NCBI GenBank assembly: GCA_024687305.1
Contig: JAILEQ010000118.1
Location: 2,759-66,758 of the forward strand
Reading direction: 5' to 3'
DNA from: Lachnospiraceae bacterium
GTDB lineage: Bacteria; Bacillota; Clostridia; Lachnospirales; Lachnospiraceae
DNA: 64,000 bases
The first letter of the stretch is position 1. Each line of letters opens with the position of its first letter. The translations under genes and the position numbers were made by a program. The notes below the pieces were generated by a model. It saw only the letters and a list, made by a program, of their open reading frames with translations, did no database searches and was not told where the DNA came from. Positions 10,429 to 21,719 of this stretch are shown here, piece after piece.

Positions 10429-11138
10429 TTTTCGTCTTCTCCTTCACCTTTATAATTTCTGGCGTCACCGTTGGTTTCGATATCCATCTTGTTTTTCTTT
10501 AACAGATATGTCTTTCTCTCATTTCCGGCTAGAAGTCTTTTAATGTTGGAACGATGCATATATACAGCCAGCAAAGTCAGCATAAAAACAACAATATAGA
10601 GCTCGATAATTCTCGGAGTCTCCAATCCGAAGATACCCATCTGTCCCATTATGACTGTCTGTACAAAGAAACCGATATAAAGCATCAACGATCCCAAAGA
10701 AACAAGATGCGTTGTAAAGAAAATGCTGAAAAATACCAAAAGTCCCACGGGAATGAAAAGATTATGCGACGCTATCATCATTCCGCCGGTAGTGGCAATA
10801 CCTTTACCGCCTTTAAACTTAAGATAAAACGGGAAATTGTGTCCCAAAACACATCCGGCACCCGTATAGATCGACAGCAAAATACCAAGTTCCGGATATT
10901 TTGCCAGAAACAAAGCCTTTACAATCAATATTGCGATAATGGATTTAAGCATATCGCCCGCAAAAACGATAAGTCCGGCCTTTGTTCCGAGAACCCTTAA
11001 AGTATTGGTGGTTCCTGCGTTTCCGCTTCCGTGTTCTCTTATATCGATTCCTTTGATCCTTCCCAAAATGTACGCACTTTGAAGTGAGCCGAAAGCATAT
11101 CCGATCGCCAGACAAACCAATCTGATCATCTTACTCAT
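10425..11138 (-). CDS. plsY: Glycerol-3-phosphate acyltransferase
   Basis: GSGNAGTTN; GHNFP; FKGGKGIAT; HRSNIKRL. Confidence 0.96.
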   Translation of the reverse strand: MSKMIRLVCLAIGYAFGSLQSAYILGRIKGIDIREHGSGNAGTTNTLRVLGTKAGLIVFAGDMLKSIIAILIVKALFLAKYPELGILLSIYTGAGCVLGHNFPFYLKFKGGKGIATTGGMMIASHNLFIPVGLLVFFSIFFTTHLVSLGSLMLYIGFFVQTVIMGQMGIFGLETPRIIELYIVVFMLTLLAVYMHRSNIKRLLAGNERKTYLLKKNKMDIETNGDARNYKGEGEDEN

Positions 11139-12468
11139 CTTCCTTTCTTTCTCTAATGATAAATTTAAGAGGCGTTCCGTTAAATCCGAAAGTATCTCTT
11201 ATCTGATTTTCAATATATCTTACATAAGAAAAATGCATAAGTTCTTTGTCGTTAACAAATATTACAAACGTCGGAGGCTTAACACCCGTCTGAGTGATAT
11301 AGAAAAGTTTAAGTCGCTTTCCTTTATCCGTAGGCGGCTGCTGCATGGAGACGGCTCTTGTCATTATCTCATTCAATACACCGGTACCCACACGCATATT
11401 GTGATTTTCGTTAACGGCGTCAATTATTTCAAAAAGTTTGTTGATGCGCTGTCCCGTCATTGCGGAAATAAAGATTATCTCGGCATAAGGCATAAACGAC
11501 AAAACTTTCTTTACTTCTTCGGTAAATCTGTAGATCGTCTTATCATCTTTTTCGACAGCATCCCACTTATTTACGGCGATGATCGTCGCTTTTCCTCTGT
11601 CATGAGCTATGCCCGCGATCTTAGCGTCCTGCTCGGTGACACCGTTTGTCGCGTCTATCATAAGAACCACTACATCGGCACGTTCAACGGCCGAAACGGT
11701 CCTTATTATCATATAATGTTCAAGATCCTCTTTGATCTTGTTCTTTCTTCTGACACCTGCCGTGTCTATAAAGACATATTCTTTGTCGTTGTACTTAACA
11801 TCGGTATCAACCGCATCTCTTGTGGTTCCCGCTATATCTGAAACAATGAGTCTGTTCTGCCCGAGTATCTTATTTATAAGAGAACTCTTACCTACATTCG
11901 GTTTTCCGACAACGGCAACTTTGATCCGATCGTCCTCGATCTCCTCACCACTTTGCTCTGGGAAGTGTTTAACGACTTCATCCAGCAGATCTCCGATACC
12001 TAGCATGTTAGCACTTGAAACGGGATACGGATCGCCTATCCCGAGATTGTAAAACTCATAAACGTCTGTCATATACTTGTTGAAATCATCGACTTTATTT
12101 ACAACGAGCAAAACAGGTTTATGAGACTTTCGCAACATGTCACAAACCTTCGAATCGGAATCTACAAGACCCTGCTTTACATCCACCATAAAAAGAATAA
12201 CGTCGGCAGTCTCTATTGCGATCTCAGCCTGGAGTCTCATCTGTTTTAAGATGACATCGTTGCTGTCGGGCTCAATACCTCCCGTGTCAACAAGTGTAAA
12301 ACTGTAATCCAGCCAGTTGATATCCGCATAGATACGATCTCTCGTTATTCCCGGAGTATCTTTTACTATTGAAATTTTTTCTCCTGCCAATGCATTAAAC
12401 AGGGTGGATTTACCCACATTGGGTCTACCCACCACAGCAACTATCGGCTTTCGCTTCTTTATATCCAT
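11131..12468 (-). CDS. der: Ribosome biogenesis GTPase Der/EngA
   Basis: Two G-domains ([16 protein letters not shown]) and a C-terminal KH-like domain. Confidence 0.98.
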   Translation of the reverse strand: MDIKKRKPIVAVVGRPNVGKSTLFNALAGEKISIVKDTPGITRDRIYADINWLDYSFTLVDTGGIEPDSNDVILKQMRLQAEIAIETADVILFMVDVKQGLVDSDSKVCDMLRKSHKPVLLVVNKVDDFNKYMTDVYEFYNLGIGDPYPVSSANMLGIGDLLDEVVKHFPEQSGEEIEDDRIKVAVVGKPNVGKSSLINKILGQNRLIVSDIAGTTRDAVDTDVKYNDKEYVFIDTAGVRRKNKIKEDLEHYMIIRTVSAVERADVVVLMIDATNGVTEQDAKIAGIAHDRGKATIIAVNKWDAVEKDDKTIYRFTEEVKKVLSFMPYAEIIFISAMTGQRINKLFEIIDAVNENHNMRVGTGVLNEIMTRAVSMQQPPTDKGKRLKLFYITQTGVKPPTFVIFVNDKELMHFSYVRYIENQIRDTFGFNGTPLKFIIRERKEDE

Positions 12469-13809
12469 TTAACCGTTACCATCTTTCAGCATCTTCATAA
12501 GCAGATCACGTCCGCTTGATTTTACAATATCCACCTTTACTTGTAAAGTTTTGGAGACATCATCGACGGTAATGTCATCCAAAAAAACATTTTCGGTCGC
12601 TCGAAGCATATTTTGAGGGATAAGTATACGATCACCGAACACATTGCCCTTTAACTGTTTAATTATGTCCTGTCCGGTGATAAGTCCCGCTACGGTGATC
12701 CTTTCTCCGAAAAAGTCATTTCTTATCGCTCTTACTTCGACATGAACCCTCGGATATTCATTATTCACCATATCCGCAAACTTTTTAAGCATAGGGTAAG
12801 CAAGTTTTCCTGTAACAACGGTACATTCGGACTTTTTCATAAACTTTTTTCTAAGCCCTTTGATCGCATATTTGTTGAATGCATTGTAAAATTCATCGGA
12901 AAACAGCCTTATCATCCCAACACCGTTCTCAAGCTGGAGATATCCGTCATAACGGCTTTCTTCTGGCATTTCGCGACCGGCCAGAATATACCACTCGTCA
13001 CTTGCATGTATGAAATGAAGTCCGTATTTTTCGTAAAACTGTTTCTGATACGATTCAATCAGCTCTATAACTTCGATCGCATCTTCTTTATCAAAAGGTT
13101 CAAGCGGATAAAGCCCGTCTCTGTATTTTGTAAGCCCAACCGGGACTACCGAAACACTTTCAAGGACCGGAAGATACTTTGACAGATCCTCGATCGAACG
13201 CTTTAACTCTTCACCGTCGTTGATACCTTTACAAAGAACGATCTGACCGTTCATCGTTATCTCGGCTTCAAAGAAACGATCGACTATCTTTAAACTCTCA
13301 CCCGCAAATCTGTTGTTCAGCATTTTGCAGCGAAGCTCAGGATTGGTAGTCTGAAAAGATATGTTTATAGGTTCCATCCTGAATCTGATTATACGGTTGA
13401 CATCATTCTCGGAAAGATTGGTCAGTGTTACGTAGTTACCCTGCAGAAATGAAAGCCTTGAATCGTCATCTTTAAAATATAACGTTTCTCTCATTCCCGG
13501 AGGCATCTGATCTATAAAGCAGAATATGCAATTGTTTCTGCATCTTCTGTATTCGTCCATGAGACCTTCGGAAAATTCAAGACCCAGGTCTTCCGTTTCG
13601 TCTTTGTCTATTGTAACGTTAACGGTCTCTTCGCCCCGTTTTAGCACTAATTCAAGGTGCGAATTCAAAATGGCATATCTGTAATCAAAAATATCTTCGA
13701 TCTCTTCACCGTTAACGGAAATGAGTTCGTCACCATTTTTTATATCATAATTTGCAGCCACCGAGTCATCACAGACTTTAGTGACGGTTCTGGCATTTTT
13801 ACCGGCCAA
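12469..13809 (-). CDS. PDZ + radical SAM protein (DUF512 family)
   Basis: N-terminal PDZ-like domain; CRNNCIFC (CxxxCxxC); FKDDDSRLSFLQGNY; QLENGVG. Usual position upstream of der. Confidence 0.9.
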   Translation of the reverse strand: MAGKNARTVTKVCDDSVAANYDIKNGDELISVNGEEIEDIFDYRYAILNSHLELVLKRGEETVNVTIDKDETEDLGLEFSEGLMDEYRRCRNNCIFCFIDQMPPGMRETLYFKDDDSRLSFLQGNYVTLTNLSENDVNRIIRFRMEPINISFQTTNPELRCKMLNNRFAGESLKIVDRFFEAEITMNGQIVLCKGINDGEELKRSIEDLSKYLPVLESVSVVPVGLTKYRDGLYPLEPFDKEDAIEVIELIESYQKQFYEKYGLHFIHASDEWYILAGREMPEESRYDGYLQLENGVGMIRLFSDEFYNAFNKYAIKGLRKKFMKKSECTVVTGKLAYPMLKKFADMVNNEYPRVHVEVRAIRNDFFGERITVAGLITGQDIIKQLKGNVFGDRILIPQNMLRATENVFLDDITVDDVSKTLQVKVDIVKSSGRDLLMKMLKDGNG

Positions 13810-13924
13810 GATTGTATACTCCTTTAATCGTATTGACTGTATTTATCTTAATCGAAAAACCTTGACGTGTCGATATTGGAATGATAAAAATAAATTGCCG
13901 ATTATTTATAAAGGGAGATAAATC

Positions 13925-15118
13925 ATGCCCAATCTAAGAAAACTCGAAAACGCACTTCCTGTAGCTCCGTTAAAGATCGTAGCCATGGACTCAGCGAGCA
14001 AAATTGGTAAGAGCGTTGACAGATATCTCGTCGATTTCAGAAAAAAGATGGATCTTGCTCTAAAGAAAGACCCCGCTTTCCAAGGATATATGGAATCGAC
14101 ATATCTCATGGATGTCGAATGTCCCAGATTCGGAACGGGAGAAGCAAAGGCCGTCTTTCACGAATCGGTAAGAGGTAAAGATCTTTTTATTCTTGTGGAT
14201 GTCTGCAACAACTCGATCACCTACAATATGAACGGTTATACAAACCACATGTCTCCCGACGATCATTACCAGGATCTTAAAAGGATAATTTCGGCGGCAA
14301 CGGGTAAAGCAAGAAGGATTAATGTGATCATGCCTTACCTTTATGAAGGACGTCAGCACAAAAGAAACACCCGTGAATCTCTTGACTGCGCTTATGCTCT
14401 TGAAGAACTCACCGCTATGGGGGTTTCAAACATCGTAACATTTGATGCACACGACCCCAGAGTTCAAAATGCCACACCTTTATGCGGATTTGACAATTTC
14501 AATGCTTATTATCAATTCTTAAAGGCTTTGCTTAGCAGTGAAGAGGACATGATAATAGATAAAGACCACACCGTAGTCATCTCTCCCGACGAAGGAGCTC
14601 TCGACAGAGCCATCTACTTTGCCAACGTTATGGGGGTAGATGCAGGAATGTTCTACAAAAGGCGTGATTATTCAACGATAGTCAACGGCAAAAATCCGAT
14701 AGTTGCTCATGAATTTCTCGGAGAGAACATTGACGGAAAAGATGTTATTATTATCGATGATATCATTTCATCGGGGGAAAGCATGCTCGATACCGCCAGG
14801 CAGCTAAAAAAAATGAACGCCAAAAGGATATTCATTCTTGCGACATTCGGGCAGTTCAACAACGGAACCGAAGCATTCGACAAAGCTTACGAACAATGTA
14901 TTTTCGATAAGATCATCACCACGAACCTTATCTATACACCCGAATCGGTAAAAAGAAAACCTTACTACCTTGAGGCGGATGTCTCAAAATTCATGGCTCA
15001 GATAATCGATTTCATGAATCATGACATCTCAGTATCGAACGTAATGACATCTACCGACAAGATCCACGAAGTTGTAGACAAATACAACAAGCGTGTCGGA
15101 TATGAAATAAATGAATGA
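13925..15118 (+). CDS. prs: Ribose-phosphate pyrophosphokinase
   Basis: PRFGTGE; SPDEG; PRPP-binding motif IIIDDIISSGES. Confidence 0.93.
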   Translation: MPNLRKLENALPVAPLKIVAMDSASKIGKSVDRYLVDFRKKMDLALKKDPAFQGYMESTYLMDVECPRFGTGEAKAVFHESVRGKDLFILVDVCNNSITYNMNGYTNHMSPDDHYQDLKRIISAATGKARRINVIMPYLYEGRQHKRNTRESLDCAYALEELTAMGVSNIVTFDAHDPRVQNATPLCGFDNFNAYYQFLKALLSSEEDMIIDKDHTVVISPDEGALDRAIYFANVMGVDAGMFYKRRDYSTIVNGKNPIVAHEFLGENIDGKDVIIIDDIISSGESMLDTARQLKKMNAKRIFILATFGQFNNGTEAFDKAYEQCIFDKIITTNLIYTPESVKRKPYYLEADVSKFMAQIIDFMNHDISVSNVMTSTDKIHEVVDKYNKRVGYEINE

Positions 15119-15121
15119 TCC

Positions 15122-15155
15122 AAAAAAGCTCCGATCATATCGATCGGAGCTTTTT
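15122..15155. terminator. Bidirectional terminator between prs and the sensor kinase
   Basis: AAAAAAGCTCCGATC-atatc-GATCGGAGCTTTTT between convergent genes. Confidence 0.88.
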
Positions 15156-15156
15156 A

Positions 15157-17697
15157 TCAGTCTTTATTGTGCGATACCGGCAATATAACGGTTGCTTTGA
15201 AAAGATCGCCGTCAAGATAAATCTCAAACGAACCGTTATGCGCTTTTGCGAGAGACTTCACTATTGAAAGACCGAGTCCGCTTCCTTCCGAACTTCTTGA
15301 AACATCTCCTCTTATAAATCTTTCCGTAAGTTCATCGGCATTGATGTTTAACTGATTGCTTGAAATATTCTTAAGCGAAAGTATCATATCCGACTTATCT
15401 TCGCTCAGTGAAAGATCCAGATATATCCTTGTATCTTTCAAAGCATATTTGTAAGCATTTTGCATCAGATTTTCAAGTATGCGCCATACATACCTAGGAT
15501 CCGCTTCGATGACCACCGACTCTTTGGGAATCGACAGAATAAGTGCAAGACCTCTCGATTCATACTTTTCTTCGAACTCACCCTGCGCCTGATATATAAG
15601 CTCGTTAACATTCATCTTTGTAAGTTCCAAAGTAATGTTACCGGAAGTGATCTTCGACGCTTCAACAAGATCTACCGTCAGCTGTTTTAACCTTTGAGAT
15701 TTTTCGTCAAGAATGCGGACATAATTCTTTACTCTCTCATTGTCTATATTTTCGCGCTTTATAAGATCCACATAATTAATGATGCTTGTAAGAGGCGTCT
15801 TGATATCATGAGATACGTTGGTTATCAGATCCGCCTTAAGCTTTTCGTCCTTGGAACTGGTCTCTACGGCTTTCTTGACCGAATCTCCGACCTTGTTGAC
15901 TATCTCGGCGTAAGTTTTATTGTCGCCGTGCATTTTGCTGGTGTCGAGATTGGTATCGAATTTTCCTTCATTTATGCTGTTTACGGCATCAAATATGCGT
16001 TTTCTTTCAAACCCTCTGTTAAACAAAAGTACACCGGCCAATCCGTCAAAGATAAAAAGGACAAGAAACGAAATGACCATGAAATTACTGAAAAACAACA
16101 TACATGCCCAAAATGCGTTAAATATAAGAAATCCAAGATATAAGGCCCACGTTCTTATCGCAATGTTCGACGAATCATATACCCGCCAGAAAGCTCTTTT
16201 AATGAATCCCAGATGCTTATCCATCCATTTCAGAAGGCCCACGATCACACTGTTTTTAAAAAACAGTTTAAGATATGCCCTTCTGATAAACAGATACAGA
16301 AAATTGAGAGCCGTGAAAACATACAGGAATACCGAAACGCAGACATGTGTAAGGCTTTCTTTGAGCGAAATGGAATCCGAGAAAGTCTCGTCACCCCACG
16401 TAAGAAGACTTATCATGTAAACAACGCCCATTATGAGCGCGCACAAAATGATCTGTGTCTCGACGGGCATAGTATCGGTAAACTTAAGCTTAACAACATT
16501 ACCCGCATCTCTTATACGCTGTCTGCCCTGCAAAAGCAGTACAAAGAACAGAACAATAAACGACAAAAGACCTATAACCGCAAAAGTGATTATAAAAGGT
16601 ATTATCCTTACCGCAGTATGAAGATGCGAATAATTATCATAAAACAGATCGTGTACCGGATAAGAAGTATCCAGTCCGACCCAGATGATCGTATCATCCG
16701 GAAGGTAATACGAATAATCCAATATCTTTGTTTTAACCTCTTCATAGGTTACCGGCGTATTGGTAAGAAAATCGATATTCCTGGGACAGGCGTAAATATA
16801 TTCACCCATACCTTTAAAAGTATCTGCCATCTTATCCGGATCTAAGATGTTATAGTTCAAAAGATTGGTAAATATATCGCTTTTGTTGTTTCCCGCTTTG
16901 ATATAATAGCGGATATTAGTATTGTCGGGATCGTATCTTTCTTTGTAATCAAGATATTCCTTGTAGTTTGTGTACAAAGAAGTCGCGGCTATCTCGAGCG
17001 AATTGACAAGCTCGGAATAATCCGATACATCATGCGCATAAAATTCAAGATTCTGACCCTGACACGAAAGATATCTGTTTGATATAACATCAAGCATCGG
17101 GATGGTATCATCAATGTTCTGGGTTAAGACAATACCCTTTTTTGTTTCCTCGGCTTCGTCTTCATCGATGTGCTCAGAAATGTAAAAGGAATAATTGCTG
17201 TCGGAATCATCACTTTTGTAGTCGTTGCTGCTCTGTCCGAAAAAGCTGTTCAACTCTTCCCAGGAATTGAACACCTGATAAGAATGGGATATTCCGTTTG
17301 TAGAAATACCGAATTGTCCCCAGGCAATAAGATCTTTAAGATAATAAGCCGCATCGGGACCCGTATATGGTGTCTCGTCGGCTCTGTGTGCGTATTTTCC
17401 GATAAAGATGATCTTATCGGGATCGTATTCTCCGTTCGTTTCAAGCTGATGTCTTATGACACTGTATCGAAGCACCTCGGAGACGGTATTGCTCATATTG
17501 ATCGCATGAACATCGGTGTCATAATAATCAAGCCTGTACTCATCCAATGAGATCTGAACCTTTTCATAGTCATTTCCCAGACGCGTATAGGCAGTCGAAT
17601 AATAGTTATATATGCATATACAGGCAACTGTCAGTACAGCCGACAGCGCCTGTAATATGATAAAAAGATATTTTTTTAAATCAAATCTTTTAAACAT
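15157..17697 (-). CDS. Sensor histidine kinase with large extracytoplasmic domain
   Basis: TNVSHDIKTPL; ENLMQNAYKY; GSGLGL; several TM segments. Confidence 0.92.
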   Translation of the reverse strand: MFKRFDLKKYLFIILQALSAVLTVACICIYNYYSTAYTRLGNDYEKVQISLDEYRLDYYDTDVHAINMSNTVSEVLRYSVIRHQLETNGEYDPDKIIFIGKYAHRADETPYTGPDAAYYLKDLIAWGQFGISTNGISHSYQVFNSWEELNSFFGQSSNDYKSDDSDSNYSFYISEHIDEDEAEETKKGIVLTQNIDDTIPMLDVISNRYLSCQGQNLEFYAHDVSDYSELVNSLEIAATSLYTNYKEYLDYKERYDPDNTNIRYYIKAGNNKSDIFTNLLNYNILDPDKMADTFKGMGEYIYACPRNIDFLTNTPVTYEEVKTKILDYSYYLPDDTIIWVGLDTSYPVHDLFYDNYSHLHTAVRIIPFIITFAVIGLLSFIVLFFVLLLQGRQRIRDAGNVVKLKFTDTMPVETQIILCALIMGVVYMISLLTWGDETFSDSISLKESLTHVCVSVFLYVFTALNFLYLFIRRAYLKLFFKNSVIVGLLKWMDKHLGFIKRAFWRVYDSSNIAIRTWALYLGFLIFNAFWACMLFFSNFMVISFLVLFIFDGLAGVLLFNRGFERKRIFDAVNSINEGKFDTNLDTSKMHGDNKTYAEIVNKVGDSVKKAVETSSKDEKLKADLITNVSHDIKTPLTSIINYVDLIKRENIDNERVKNYVRILDEKSQRLKQLTVDLVEASKITSGNITLELTKMNVNELIYQAQGEFEEKYESRGLALILSIPKESVVIEADPRYVWRILENLMQNAYKYALKDTRIYLDLSLSEDKSDMILSLKNISSNQLNINADELTERFIRGDVSRSSEGSGLGLSIVKSLAKAHNGSFEIYLDGDLFKATVILPVSHNKD

Positions 17698-18389
17698 CAG
17701 ATCTTGTCAACCTTATATCCCACACCCCAAACAACTTTAAGATATCTGGGCTCTCTGGGATTAATCTCAATTTTTTCGCGAATATGTCTGATATGAACCG
17801 CTACGGTATTGTCGGCACCTATTGCCTGCTCGTTCCATATCTTTTCATAAATCTGATCTATGGAGAAAACTCTTCCCTGATTCTTTACAAGCAAAAGAAG
17901 GATATTGTATTCGATGGGAGTTAGTTTAACGGGTTCATCGTCAACAAAGACTTCTTTGGTGTCGTCATGTATCACAAGACCTCCGACCTGATAAACCTCC
18001 ATGGAATCCTGCGGTATGTTTCCAAGTTTTGTATATCTTCTGAGCTGGCTTTTAACTCTTGCAACGAGTTCAAGCGGATTAAAAGGCTTAGGAAGATAAT
18101 CGTCTGCTCCGATATTAAGTCCGAGTATCTTGTCGGGATCTTCGGTCTTTGCGGAAAGTATGATGATCGGAATGCTTGATGATTCCCTTATCTTAAGTAT
18201 AGCATGAATACCGTCCATTCTGGGCATCATCACATCGATTATAAGAAGCTGAACATCGTTTGATTTCAAAGCCTCAATGGCCTCGATACCGTCAAAAGCT
18301 TTGATAACTTCAAAACCTTCCTGCAAAAGATAGATCTCAATAGCATCAACTATTTCGCGGTCGTCGTCACAAACAAGAATTTTTGCCAT
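17697..18389 (-). CDS. OmpR-family response regulator
   Basis: LVCDD; IIDVMMP; winged-helix VAVHIRHIREKIE...VWGVGY. Confidence 0.95.
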   Translation of the reverse strand: MAKILVCDDDREIVDAIEIYLLQEGFEVIKAFDGIEAIEALKSNDVQLLIIDVMMPRMDGIHAILKIRESSSIPIIILSAKTEDPDKILGLNIGADDYLPKPFNPLELVARVKSQLRRYTKLGNIPQDSMEVYQVGGLVIHDDTKEVFVDDEPVKLTPIEYNILLLLVKNQGRVFSIDQIYEKIWNEQAIGADNTVAVHIRHIREKIEINPREPRYLKVVWGVGYKVDKI

Positions 18390-18505
18390 AAATTATATGT
18401 TTTCCTTTCAAAAAGTCATAATTAACCTAATACATAACAAACGATATCATTAAACTTTTAAACCGATTGTCATTATTTTTTAAGGTTTTTTTAAATTTGT
18501 CGGAT

Positions 18506-18877
18506 TTAACACTCAAAAGCATTGATAATATGATCTATCTTCTCTTTTTCGATCGATATGACATCAAATCTGACCGGAGTGTCACCGGAATACCGATTGG
18601 TATAAAGAAAATGTTTTGCCGCCTTAACTATCTTTTTCATCTTGCCTTTTGTTACTGCTTCATATCCGTAGCCCGACATATGGGATTCACGATATTTGAC
18701 CTCGGCAAAAACTATATATTCTTCTATTCCGCAAAAGACATTTTGGGAATCTTTAAAGACTATATCTATCTCGCAGTCATCAAGTCTATAGTTACGCGCT
18801 ATTACCTCGTAACCGTTTTCCGTCAAATAACGTACCGCAAGATTCTCCCCGATACTACCCTTTGAATGTGTATCCAT
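18506..18877 (-). CDS. yraN: YraN (UPF0102) putative endonuclease
   Basis: GENLAVRYL; EIDIV; FAEVKYR; RFDVI. Confidence 0.9.
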   Translation of the reverse strand: MDTHSKGSIGENLAVRYLTENGYEVIARNYRLDDCEIDIVFKDSQNVFCGIEEYIVFAEVKYRESHMSGYGYEAVTKGKMKKIVKAAKHFLYTNRYSGDTPVRFDVISIEKEKIDHIINAFEC

Positions 18878-19176
18878 TAACCCTTCCTGTCCATTTTCCC
18901 TTTTATCTTATCCATAGCATCGACAAAAACCAGAATTTCTGCAACAACCTCATAAAGTTCCGGAGGAATGGCATCACCGACTTCAAGTTTTGAAAGCGTT
19001 TTTGCGAGCTGTTCGTCCCTGTGGATCGGTATATTTTCTTCGCTCGCCTTTTCAATGATCTTTTCGGCGATCAGTCCCTGACCGGTCGCAAGCACTCTGG
19101 GCGCTATGTCTTCGGGATCGTATTCAAGCGCTATGGCCTGCTTTGCAGGCTTTTTCTTATTGTTTTCGTATTCCAT
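18877..19176 (-). CDS. FlhB cytoplasmic-domain-like protein (YlqH/EscU family)
   Basis: AIALEY...APRVLATG...IPPELYEVVAEIL. Start set at ATG 19176. Confidence 0.88.
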   Translation of the reverse strand: MEYENNKKKPAKQAIALEYDPEDIAPRVLATGQGLIAEKIIEKASEENIPIHRDEQLAKTLSKLEVGDAIPPELYEVVAEILVFVDAMDKIKGKMDRKG

Positions 19177-19183
19177 AAAAAGC

Positions 19184-20932
19184 TTATACCCTCGCATCAA
19201 ACGATGTATCCGAAAAAAGCAGATGTCTTTCATTTTCGGCGAGCATACGCGTTATAGGCGATATCTCATCTTTTTTGGTGCTAACGCTTGCCTCAAACGA
19301 ATAACCTTTTTCATTAAGTCTCTTATCAAGATAATCCAGATGATGTTCAATGAAGATAAGAGTGTCTTCATCCTTCATCGTGAAATTGGTCGTAATATGC
19401 ATATCTCTCATCTTTACAAGCACATCCGTCGGTCCGAGATTCGACATATCAAGATGTATGAACGCTGACAGTTCACCGTCCGAAGAAGCGAGATTTTTCC
19501 TGTTCTTAAACACATACAGCTCTGAATTGGCACTGTTCTCATCATTATGAAAGGGTATCTGAATATACGGAACGTAATGATTAAGATCGTTAATAAATTC
19601 AATGTTTTCCCTTAAATTGTTAATGCCTTCCTTGGCGCCGGTAAACTTCTCGGCACTTTCGTTTATGGCATTTAAAAGATTTCTGGTGTCATTGAACAGT
19701 TTCTCATAAAGATGCTTAACCTCGGCCTTATCTTTTAATTTATCGACATCCAAAGACCAGTTTGAAGAAAATACCTTATTAAACAGATCCTTTACACTGT
19801 CTTTTTCAAAAAGTCTGCTTATGTCACCGAGTACATCTCTTATATTATTCTCCGCCGGATTATCGTTTACGGCTGTATTCTCATTTTTTATCAAAGCTCC
19901 GATTTCTTTTTCGGGAACAGATAAAGCTTCTTTTGCTTCGACGGAAACATTTATATTGCCAGAATTTTCGGCATTCTCCTCCGTTTGAACTTCATTTGCC
20001 GCAACAAAACTGCTCTCCGATGTGATATCGCTCACAAAAGCTTTCAACACATCGCCGACCGATCCCTTGCCCTCATCCAATGAAGAAAGAAGCGTTTCGG
20101 TATTGTTGAGCGTAATATTAAGTTCTTTTGCATCGCTTATCAAAGCGGATATATCTTTTGAAACATCGATCTTCTGATTGCCCGAAAGGACCTCGGACAG
20201 ACTGTCCGTCAGGTTTGAAAGAGCATCAAACATAGGATTTTTCAGTGCTTCGAAGCCAAACTGCTCAGCGCTTTCATCCGTAACGTTCAAACCTTTTATA
20301 ACATCATCGATCAAAGAATCCGAAATTTTGGAAAAAGCCTCCGAAACGGAATTTTCCATATTTATATATGCTTTATATTGAGAAAGATTTGCATCGTTTA
20401 TGGGAATGTCCATCTGTTTAAGATCGACTATGGATTTAACGCTTGCTTCGGGAAATAAAGCTACATCTCTGTAGGCTTCGATAAGCGAATTGCGATCTAT
20501 GGGATTGCCGTATTCCATATTTCTGGCCGTCATCTCCAAAGAACGTTCGTTTATCGGTAGTCCGGCCTGTTTTAAGGCAGACTGGGCTGTATTTTGAAGA
20601 TTTGTGTTCTGATATAAGGGGCGAATGGAAACATCCCGTCCGGAAACCTTCTGGATCTCAAACAGTATAAGAGAGCCTTTTTCAAAATTAACGGATGAGG
20701 AATTCTGAGCGTTTATTGTCACTCCGCCCTGAGTAAGAATTGAAATGGATTTATCGGTCTGTGCAGTCACTTTACCGAGTATGGTATCGCCGACACTCAG
20801 ATTATCGATCATTTCGAGAACGGCCTGCTTGGTGGCATCCGAAGCCGCAACAGAGGCATCCGCCGCTGTCGTCTGATTCTGATTTATATCGGTTGGCGTA
20901 AACTGTGAAAATATGCTCGGTATAAGTGCCAT
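19184..20932 (-). CDS. FliK C-terminal-domain protein (YlqG-like)
   Basis: C-terminal IHLDMSNLGPTDVLV...FDARV. Usual position between rnhB and the ylqH-like gene. Confidence 0.75.
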   Translation of the reverse strand: MALIPSIFSQFTPTDINQNQTTAADASVAASDATKQAVLEMIDNLSVGDTILGKVTAQTDKSISILTQGGVTINAQNSSSVNFEKGSLILFEIQKVSGRDVSIRPLYQNTNLQNTAQSALKQAGLPINERSLEMTARNMEYGNPIDRNSLIEAYRDVALFPEASVKSIVDLKQMDIPINDANLSQYKAYINMENSVSEAFSKISDSLIDDVIKGLNVTDESAEQFGFEALKNPMFDALSNLTDSLSEVLSGNQKIDVSKDISALISDAKELNITLNNTETLLSSLDEGKGSVGDVLKAFVSDITSESSFVAANEVQTEENAENSGNINVSVEAKEALSVPEKEIGALIKNENTAVNDNPAENNIRDVLGDISRLFEKDSVKDLFNKVFSSNWSLDVDKLKDKAEVKHLYEKLFNDTRNLLNAINESAEKFTGAKEGINNLRENIEFINDLNHYVPYIQIPFHNDENSANSELYVFKNRKNLASSDGELSAFIHLDMSNLGPTDVLVKMRDMHITTNFTMKDEDTLIFIEHHLDYLDKRLNEKGYSFEASVSTKKDEISPITRMLAENERHLLFSDTSFDARV

Positions 20933-20966
20933 AATGCCCTCGCACGTTTATGATAAAACAGTCTTT

Positions 20967-21719
20967 TTAAATGAAATTCTTAATAAATGTATTTCTGTGA
21001 ATCGGCGTCTTGCCGAATTTCTTTAAAGCTTCTATATGCTTCGCGCTGCCGTAACCTTTATTGTCTTTGAAACCGTATTCGGGATACTTAAGATCATATT
21101 CGACCATAAGCCTGTCTCTGGTCACTTTGGCTATTATACTTGCCGCAGCTATTGAAACGCTTCTGGCGTCACCTTTGATGATCGCCACCTGCTTAATATC
21201 GACTTCGGGTATGGTAACCGCATCGTTAAGCAGTACATCGGGCTTTACTTTAAGATTTCCGATCGCCTGACGCATTGCCTCATATGTGGCATTTAAAATA
21301 TTGATCTCATCGATCCTCTCGGGACCGATAAATCCAAGACCCGTAGCAACGGCTTCGTTCATTATAACGTCATAAAGCTCTTCACGCTTCTTTTCACTTA
21401 ACTGCTTTGAATCGTTAAGATAAAGGATCTTACAATCTTTGGGAAGTATTACTGCTCCGGCGACTACAGGACCTGCGAGCGGACCTCTCCCGACTTCGTC
21501 TATTCCGCATATATAACCAAAAGATTCGTATTTGTGCTCAAATTCCTTAAGTTTCTCAATATGGGCTTTTTCTTTGTCCATATCTGCAATTTTCTTATTT
21601 GCTTTAGCGACAAGGCTTTGAACTCCGGGGCGTTCATCGTCCATATGATCTTTTACAAAAAGTTCCATTTTGTCTATGGGCGTATTGTCAAACTGCTTTT
21701 TAATATCCCCTATTGTCAT
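20967..21719 (-). CDS. rnhB: Ribonuclease HII
   Basis: GIDEVGRGPLAGPV; DSKQL; KGDA; AASIIAKVTRD. Confidence 0.97.
   Translation of the reverse strand: MTIGDIKKQFDNTPIDKMELFVKDHMDDERPGVQSLVAKANKKIADMDKEKAHIEKLKEFEHKYESFGYICGIDEVGRGPLAGPVVAGAVILPKDCKILYLNDSKQLSEKKREELYDVIMNEAVATGLGFIGPERIDEINILNATYEAMRQAIGNLKVKPDVLLNDAVTIPEVDIKQVAIIKGDARSVSIAAASIIAKVTRDRLMVEYDLKYPEYGFKDNKGYGSAKHIEALKKFGKTPIHRNTFIKNFI

Noticed and set aside
18506-20932. FliK-like and FlhB-like genes outside a flagellar cluster
   Set aside because: This is the known rnhB-ylqG-ylqH(-yraN) arrangement of motile Firmicutes.
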